A DNA stretch of 64,000 bases from NCBI GenBank assembly GCA_964361595.1, contig CAYIAX010000002.1, positions 7,722-71,721 on the forward strand, in the 5' to 3' direction. The translations under genes were made by a program, and so were the position numbers. Origin of the DNA: an uncultured Candidatus Saccharibacteria bacterium (GTDB lineage: Bacteria > Patescibacteriota > Minisyncoccia > UBA6257 > 2-01-FULL-56-20). The stretch's first letter is position 1; each line of letters begins with the position of its first letter. This document shows positions 58,273 to 64,000 of this stretch, in pieces. The notes under the pieces are model-generated. The model saw nothing but the letters and a program-made list of their open reading frames with translations. It made no database searches and was not told where the DNA came from.

Positions 58273-58984
58273 AGTTACACAAACTGTTATTCTCTCGGCG
58301 GGACTGGGTACGCGTCTCCGGCCCTTAACCGACAATCTCCCAAAAGTAATGGTTCCCATTCTTGGCAGGCCCTTGCTCGGTTACCATTTGGAGCAGCTAA
58401 AAAAATGCGGTGTAGACGAGGTTTTTTTGAATCTTCATTACCTGCCGGACGTGATCCGTAATTACGTAGGCGACGGTTCGAAGTGGGGAGTAAAAGTAAC
58501 TTATAAATTCGAATCGGAGATCCGCGGCACCGCGGGCGGGATCAAGAATTTTGAGAGCGACTTGAAAGATAGGTTTTTCGTAATTTACGGAGATATGTTC
58601 AGCCTGCTTGATTACGAAAAACTCGCAGCCGAGCATGATAAGAATCCAGAATCATTGGGCGTCGCGGTCGTGGGCAACCCAGATCATCCGGAAGATTCAG
58701 ATATCGTTGAACTGGATGTGGATGGGAAAATCGTAAAATTGCACCGCAAACCTCACGCCAAGCTGCCCGAACGGTACAAAGAGCTTTTAGCCACATATCT
58801 TTTTACGCGCCGCTTGTTCGATTACATTCCAGATGTGAATACATCTAATCTTGATCACGAAGTGCTTCCAGTTGCACTCGCAAAAGAGAATATGCATACA
58901 TTTGAAACATCTGATTACGTTAAGGACGTCGGTACGCCGGAGCGGTATCGAGCTGTAGAAGATTATTTGGCCCGGCAGAAATAA
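58265..58984 (+). CDS. Sugar-1-phosphate nucleotidyltransferase (HddC-like guanylyltransferase)
   Basis: ILSAGLGTRLRPLTDNLPK (GxGTRLxPLT). Confidence 0.65.
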   Translation: MSKVTQTVILSAGLGTRLRPLTDNLPKVMVPILGRPLLGYHLEQLKKCGVDEVFLNLHYLPDVIRNYVGDGSKWGVKVTYKFESEIRGTAGGIKNFESDLKDRFFVIYGDMFSLLDYEKLAAEHDKNPESLGVAVVGNPDHPEDSDIVELDVDGKIVKLHRKPHAKLPERYKELLATYLFTRRLFDYIPDVNTSNLDHEVLPVALAKENMHTFETSDYVKDVGTPERYRAVEDYLARQK

Positions 58985-59032
58985 AGAGCTTGATATTCAA
59001 TAAAAAGGCCTTTTTCTACTATCCTTGAAGCT

Positions 59033-59872
59033 ATGCCACAAGTAACAGTGCTGATGGCCACATGGAATCGCGCCCAGATGATCCGGCGCGCGATCGAATC
59101 CGTTCAAGCCCAAACATTTAAGGATTGGGAGCTTGTGATCGTGGATGATGGCTCAAGCGACAACACCAAAGAAGTTGTGGAGGAGTGGCAAAAAAGAATC
59201 CCGCCAAAGGACGGGCAAGCGCGCATAGTTTTTCTTTCCAACGACGTAAACCAGGGGATTTCCAAAACCTATAACAAGGGCCTGCGCGCGGCGCGGGGAA
59301 AATATGTGGCGATGATTGACGATGATGATCCCTGGGCGGATGAAAAAAAACTCGAGAAGCAGGTGGCATTCCTCGAAAAAAATCCGGAATACGTCGGCTG
59401 CGGTGCGGGCGTAATTGTCGTGGATGGAAGCGGCAAAGAAATGTATCGTTACTTCAAGCCCGCAACCGATGGAGAAATCAGGAAATACATGCTTTTTTCT
59501 AATCCAATGGCAAACAGCACGACCATGTTCCGGCGCGAAGAAGCGGTGGCAACCGGCCTTTATGATGAAGGCACTCGCTATTCCGGCGACCGTGATTTTT
59601 GGCTCAAGCTCGGCTTGCGCGGCAAACTTTGCAACTTCAAGGAATATTTTTCTTACTACACGATGACGGGCGGCAATACTTCAATTGCGCGCATGCGGCC
59701 GCACCTCAAGGCCTCGCTCATGATCATGAAACGGTACAAAGGAAAATATCCGCATTACTATCCGGCGCTTTTATTGAACACGCTCCAGTATTGGTACTCG
59801 TTCCTGCCGGAATTTATTCGGCGGGCGCTTCACGTATCGCTGGCTCGCTTGAAGCGGGCGCTCGTAGGATAA
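59033..59872 (+). CDS. Glycosyltransferase family 2
   Basis: VTVLMATWNR...VIVDDGSSDNT...MIDDDD. Confidence 0.65.
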   Translation: MPQVTVLMATWNRAQMIRRAIESVQAQTFKDWELVIVDDGSSDNTKEVVEEWQKRIPPKDGQARIVFLSNDVNQGISKTYNKGLRAARGKYVAMIDDDDPWADEKKLEKQVAFLEKNPEYVGCGAGVIVVDGSGKEMYRYFKPATDGEIRKYMLFSNPMANSTTMFRREEAVATGLYDEGTRYSGDRDFWLKLGLRGKLCNFKEYFSYYTMTGGNTSIARMRPHLKASLMIMKRYKGKYPHYYPALLLNTLQYWYSFLPEFIRRALHVSLARLKRALVG

Positions 59873-61316
59873 GCCGTATTTCTTTAAAAAGAGGTTCCTT
59901 AAGCGTGAAAAGCAAGCCGAAGTAAATTGCTCCAGATAAAGCAATCACAATTAGCACATGGAGTTTCACGGCCAGGAGGAACCAAGCAACAATTGCGAGG
60001 GCGATGTTCGCGGGAATTAATCGTTTGAGCTTGGAGAATACGGAAAAATCAACAAGCTTTTTAGTTTCGCGCCACAAGTAGATATTTGTGACGATTTGCG
60101 AAATTAAAGTTGCCCAGGCAGAGCCGGCAATTCCATAAACGGGGATCAAGGCTAAGTCGAGAATGACATTTAAAATCACTCCAATCGCCGAATAAATTAT
60201 GAGTAACTTTTGGCGATTGTAAGCGAAAACGGTATTCGCAAGAATTACAGCCGGGAAATTTACCGCCAGCGTCAAGGCAAGGATCTTAAACGACCATGCT
60301 CCCGGCAGGTAAGCTGATCCAAATAGTAAAGTTATCACCTGGGTGCCGGTGATAAGTCCGCCTACCGCCAGGGGAATGGCCAAGAGAAAAGCCAGAGCGA
60401 CGACTTGTTCAAGAACCGATTTCACTTTGGAATCAGCGTTGTGGGCCAAGCGGGAAATGGCAGGAAAAATGCTTACGGATAAAATGGCGGGAAATAGATA
60501 GAGCAGTTGGATTACTCTTAAAGCTACTGAATAAAAACCGACTTCAGCGGCGGAGCGGAAAGCCCCAATAATTAAAATATCCGTGTTTACCATGATGCCG
60601 CCCAAGACTCCAGAAAGCGCGAATGGCCAGGCGGAATTCAAAATTGCAAAGGTCTTTTTTAACGAAAAAAAACGAAAGGGGTTAGGCAAATCCCGGCGCA
60701 GAAAAATAAATGTTGCAGCCATGCCCAAACCAGTGCCTAAAGTGTAAGCATAAGTGAAACCTAGGGCCGAAGGTCGGATTAAGAGGAAGAAGAAACCAAA
60801 GCCGACCAGCGCCAAGTTTGTGAAGAGAAAAAGCATAGCTTCCCATTCCATGCGCTCGCGGGCGCGGATAACGGAAAAACCGAATTCACGCAAAGTATCG
60901 AAAATTAAAACCAAAGAAACGATGGGCAAAAGAGGAATTGCACTTTCAACTTTGGTGAGTATAGGTCCCAAAAAGATGACGAGGATTACGCCCAGCGCCA
61001 AGAGTACGAGTTTAAGCCGGAGCGCCGTGCCCAGGAGTTCATCTTGCTCTTCGCGGCTGGTGCCTTTGGCAGCTTCGCGCGTAACGATGGCGTTAATGCC
61101 GGAATCCGTAAAAATCGTAAGAAAAGCTACGAATGTAATGGCGTAAGAAAATGCCCCCCAGCCTTCGGCGCCCAAGACGCGCGCGGCGTAAATGATGATT
61201 ATCGCTCGCAGCAAACGTCCGCCGATATTCGACACGCCCAGCCAAAAAGTATTTTTCGCCACGGTTTGGCGAAAAGAAGTGTTATGGAAAAGCAGCGCCT
61301 TTACCTTTTTAAGCAT
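59814..61316 (-). CDS. wzx: Polysaccharide flippase (Wzx, MOP superfamily)
   Basis: About 12-14 TM helices and a polysaccharide-biosynthesis-protein pattern. 500 aa. Confidence 0.7.
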   Translation of the reverse strand: MLKKVKALLFHNTSFRQTVAKNTFWLGVSNIGGRLLRAIIIIYAARVLGAEGWGAFSYAITFVAFLTIFTDSGINAIVTREAAKGTSREEQDELLGTALRLKLVLLALGVILVIFLGPILTKVESAIPLLPIVSLVLIFDTLREFGFSVIRARERMEWEAMLFLFTNLALVGFGFFFLLIRPSALGFTYAYTLGTGLGMAATFIFLRRDLPNPFRFFSLKKTFAILNSAWPFALSGVLGGIMVNTDILIIGAFRSAAEVGFYSVALRVIQLLYLFPAILSVSIFPAISRLAHNADSKVKSVLEQVVALAFLLAIPLAVGGLITGTQVITLLFGSAYLPGAWSFKILALTLAVNFPAVILANTVFAYNRQKLLIIYSAIGVILNVILDLALIPVYGIAGSAWATLISQIVTNIYLWRETKKLVDFSVFSKLKRLIPANIALAIVAWFLLAVKLHVLIVIALSGAIYFGLLFTLKEPLFKEIRLILRAPASSEPAIREAPAE

Positions 61317-61330
61317 TTATTTTATAGTGG

Positions 61331-62038
61331 TTGGCAATGAAAGCAGTAATCCTAGCCGGCGGCATGGGCACGCGCTTGCGCCCGATTACTTACGAAATTC
61401 CCAAGCCGCTCGTTACGGTGAAGAAGAAGCCAATTGTAAATCATCTGATCGAGCTTTTTCACAAACACGGTTTTAACGAAATTGCCTTGCTCGTTAATCG
61501 CGATCATGAAGAAGATTTCAAGCGCTGGCGGAAGGCGTGGGAGGATGATTTACCCACTCGGGAGATTACCACATTCTTTGAGGAGACGCCACGCGGAACT
61601 TTCGGCGGCATGGAACTAGTAAAAAGTTGGTTAGGCGGCGAAAAATTTATTCTCTCCAACGGTGACGAACTTAAGGATTTCGATTTAACGGCGCTCAAAA
61701 ACTTTCACGATACCCATAAACCAGTCGGAACGATTGCGCTTGTCGAAGTGACCAATCCGCAAGAATACGGAGTTCCGGTTTTGAACGATCATCATGTAGT
61801 AGAATTTTTGGAAAAGCCGCAAAATCCTCCTTCGAACTATATCAACTCCGGTCTTTACATGCTCGAGCCGACAATTTTTGAATATGCGGATTTTTCCAAG
61901 CCAACGCTCATGATTGAAAAAGATATTTTTCCGGCTTTAGCGGCTGCGCAGAAACTCGCGGGGTTTAAAGTAAAAAACGGCCGCTGGTATGATTGCGGAA
62001 CTCTCGAGCGCTGGGAGCGCGCCATGCAGGAGTGGTAA
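61331..62038 (+). CDS. Sugar-phosphate nucleotidyltransferase (mannose-1-P guanylyltransferase / glucose-1-P thymidylyltransferase-like)
   Basis: VILAGGMGTRLRPITYEIPKPL. Confidence 0.7.
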   Translation: MAMKAVILAGGMGTRLRPITYEIPKPLVTVKKKPIVNHLIELFHKHGFNEIALLVNRDHEEDFKRWRKAWEDDLPTREITTFFEETPRGTFGGMELVKSWLGGEKFILSNGDELKDFDLTALKNFHDTHKPVGTIALVEVTNPQEYGVPVLNDHHVVEFLEKPQNPPSNYINSGLYMLEPTIFEYADFSKPTLMIEKDIFPALAAAQKLAGFKVKNGRWYDCGTLERWERAMQEW

Positions 62039-62057
62039 GCTGGCTTATCGCTTATCG

Positions 62058-62975
62058 CTACAATGTTTTGAGCGTTGCTCTAATGCCTGATTCGAGCGGT
62101 ACCTGCGGGCGCCAGCCCAAGCGGCGAGTGGCGCGTTTGGCGTCGAGCGCAATTTGGTAAACTTCGCCTTTGCGATAAGGGGCGTAGAGCGGTTTTTCTC
62201 CGAAGCCCAATTCGTTTGCGATGGCGTCGAAAATCATCTGGTCGGTTATTTTTTTGCCCCAACCGAGATTCAAGATTTCATTTTTACCTTTGCGGAGAAC
62301 GGCAAGATTGGCGCGCACAATGTCGCTCACAAAGGTGTAGTCACGAGCTTTGGTGCCGTCGCCGAAAATAATCGGCCGCTTACCGGATTTGATGAGGCCG
62401 CCAAAAATAGCGATTACGCCGGCTTCGCCCTTGGGGTTCTGGCGCGGCCCGTACACATTGGGGTAGCGAAAAATCAAATATTTAAATCCATAATGCCGGC
62501 TGTAAAAACGGATCAGTTCTTCGCCGATGTGTTTCGAAAGCCCGTAAGGAGAGAGCGGTGTCGATTCCGTGGTTTCCGGAGCGGGAATTTTTTTGGGTTC
62601 GCCGTAGATCGCGCCGCCGGTTGAGGAAAAAATAAACTTCGCCGGCTTTTTGCCGTATTTGCCTAAAGCTAAGAGCACATTCGTGGTCCCTAGGATATTT
62701 GTTTCATAAGTCGGCAGGGGATTGCGCAGGGATTTCAGGATTTCGGCGATCGCGGCATGATGATTTACCACTTGCGGACGTTCATGCTTGAAAATTTTTT
62801 CCATCAAACCTAAATCACGAATATCGGCTTTATAAAATTTAGCTTTGGGGTTTACGTTGCGTCGAAAACCTGTCGCTAAGTTGTCGATTACTGCAACTTT
62901 GTGGCCAGCCTTAATATAGGCATCCGTGATGTGGCTAGCGATAAATCCTGCGCCGCCCGTAACAATAATCTTCAT
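62058..62975 (-). CDS. NAD-dependent nucleotide-sugar epimerase (GalE/UDP-glucuronate decarboxylase-like)
   Basis: IIVTGGAGFIASH and YGLSK. Confidence 0.7.
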   Translation of the reverse strand: MKIIVTGGAGFIASHITDAYIKAGHKVAVIDNLATGFRRNVNPKAKFYKADIRDLGLMEKIFKHERPQVVNHHAAIAEILKSLRNPLPTYETNILGTTNVLLALGKYGKKPAKFIFSSTGGAIYGEPKKIPAPETTESTPLSPYGLSKHIGEELIRFYSRHYGFKYLIFRYPNVYGPRQNPKGEAGVIAIFGGLIKSGKRPIIFGDGTKARDYTFVSDIVRANLAVLRKGKNEILNLGWGKKITDQMIFDAIANELGFGEKPLYAPYRKGEVYQIALDAKRATRRLGWRPQVPLESGIRATLKTL

Positions 62976-62976
62976 A

Positions 62977-63984
62977 TCAGCTTTTTACAAAAAAAGATTT
63001 TAAGGTTTTTAGAATGATGGCCAGATCGAGAATGAGCGATCGGTTTTTAAGATAGTAGATATCGTACTGAAGTTTTTCGTAAGCATCCTCGACGGAGGCG
63101 CCGTAACGGTAATTTATCTGCGCCCAGCCGGTTACTCCCGGCTTAACCAGGTGCCGGATGTCATAATAGGGGACAGTGCGGGATAAATCTCCCGTAAACT
63201 CCGGACGCTCGGGACGCGGGCCCACGAACGAGAGTTCGCCTTTGATAATGTTAACCAATTGCGGCAATTCATCAAGGTGGCTCCGCCGCAGAAAGCTGCC
63301 GATCGCGGTTGTGCGATCATCATGTTCCGCCGCCCAGCGGGCGCCGTCTTTTTCGGCGTCCATGCGCATGGTCCGGAACTTGTAAAGCGTAAACGCTTCG
63401 CCGTATTTCCCAATCCGCGCTTGAGAGTAAATGACCGGGCCGGGAGAAGTAAGTAGAATAAAGAGCGCAAACAAAAGCTCCAGGGGGAGAAGGATAATTT
63501 GGAGGACTAAGGCAATCGCCAATTCGGCGGCGCGTTTTAAGCCGTCATAAATTGTGTTTGTCGCGGGAATTTTTTCCAAAAACCATTCTTCGGAGAGAAG
63601 CGACAGGGGGACGCGCCGGAAAACTGTTTCATAGAAAACGGGCAAGTCTTCCACGCGCACGCCGGCCGCGAGGAGCTGGTACAAAAGCTTGTTCAAGTCC
63701 GACGCTTTTTTGAAGTGCGCCGGCACGACGATCAAATCGATATTGTGCGCACCAATGAATTTTTTCCAGTCGGCAATTGCGGCGAGGTGCGCAGGCATCG
63801 TTTCTTCCTTGAGCCAAGCGGAGACCGTATAGCCGAGCTGGGGATTTTCTCCTAGAAATTTCATCACCGTTTCAGCTTCCGCGCCTTTGCCCACTACGAC
63901 TATCCTGGAGAGCGGTTCGGCGGTAGTGGTAACCCGGTTAAAAAGCCGCCGCCAATAAGCTTCAAGCACGGCAAAGAAAGCCAA
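62977..63984 (-). CDS. Polyprenyl-phosphate sugar-phosphotransferase (WbaP/WcaJ-like initiating glycosyltransferase). Possibly N-terminally truncated by the window end.
   Basis: C-terminal bacterial sugar-transferase domain ...LDELPQLVNIIKGELSFVGPRPERPEF... The ORF is open toward position 64000. Confidence 0.75.
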   Translation of the reverse strand: MAFFAVLEAYWRRLFNRVTTTAEPLSRIVVVGKGAEAETVMKFLGENPQLGYTVSAWLKEETMPAHLAAIADWKKFIGAHNIDLIVVPAHFKKASDLNKLLYQLLAAGVRVEDLPVFYETVFRRVPLSLLSEEWFLEKIPATNTIYDGLKRAAELAIALVLQIILLPLELLFALFILLTSPGPVIYSQARIGKYGEAFTLYKFRTMRMDAEKDGARWAAEHDDRTTAIGSFLRRSHLDELPQLVNIIKGELSFVGPRPERPEFTGDLSRTVPYYDIRHLVKPGVTGWAQINYRYGASVEDAYEKLQYDIYYLKNRSLILDLAIILKTLKSFFVKS

Positions 63985-64000
63985 GAAGGCAAAAAGGTTG

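Overview
This 64 kb window reads like a compact, gene-dense bacterial genome. Judging only from gene content and style (weak Shine-Dalgarno sites, genes joined by overlapping ATGA stop/start, many small membrane proteins), it may come from an uncultivated small-genome lineage (CPR/Patescibacteria-like). That assignment is inference only.

Layout, 5' to 3':
- Housekeeping block 1 (33-7600): a ClpC-like ATPase, polX, a NUDIX hydrolase, a short Ogt, the infC-rpmI-rplT operon, and tmRNA.
- Hypothetical and membrane genes between tmRNA and smpB (7700-12700).
- Housekeeping block 2 (12700-25500): argS, ileS, trpS, RNase J, a tRNA-Leu locus, a solute-binding protein, secG, gpmI.
- A complete diversity-generating retroelement (about 25560-28340).
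- RNase Y, then from 30.1 kb to the window end a large cell-surface glycan locus that continues past 64 kb.

The strongest candidate systems are:
- The diversity-generating retroelement. It has a variable repeat (VR) inside the target gene, a template repeat (TR), an antisense avd carrying a C10 tract, and an RT with the IGxxxSQ-type motif. VR and TR differ by at least 15 substitutions, all at TR adenines.
- Three copies of a previously unrecognised ~115-nt hairpin element bounded by ATGA at both ends. Each copy sits exactly on a gene stop/start junction.
- A GIY-YIG gene cassette inserted at the 3' end of tRNA-Leu, with a 21-bp tRNA-end direct repeat and a 51-bp perfect palindrome.
- An IleRS carrying an in-frame histidine-phosphatase (PGAM-like) domain insertion.

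The glycan locus encodes GDP-fucose and GDP-heptose pathways, twin GT10 fucosyltransferases, several GT2 enzymes, Wzx, Wzy-like proteins and a WbaP-like initiating transferase.

All calls rest on reading motifs in the translated ORFs and on repeat and structure inspection by eye. No database searches were run.
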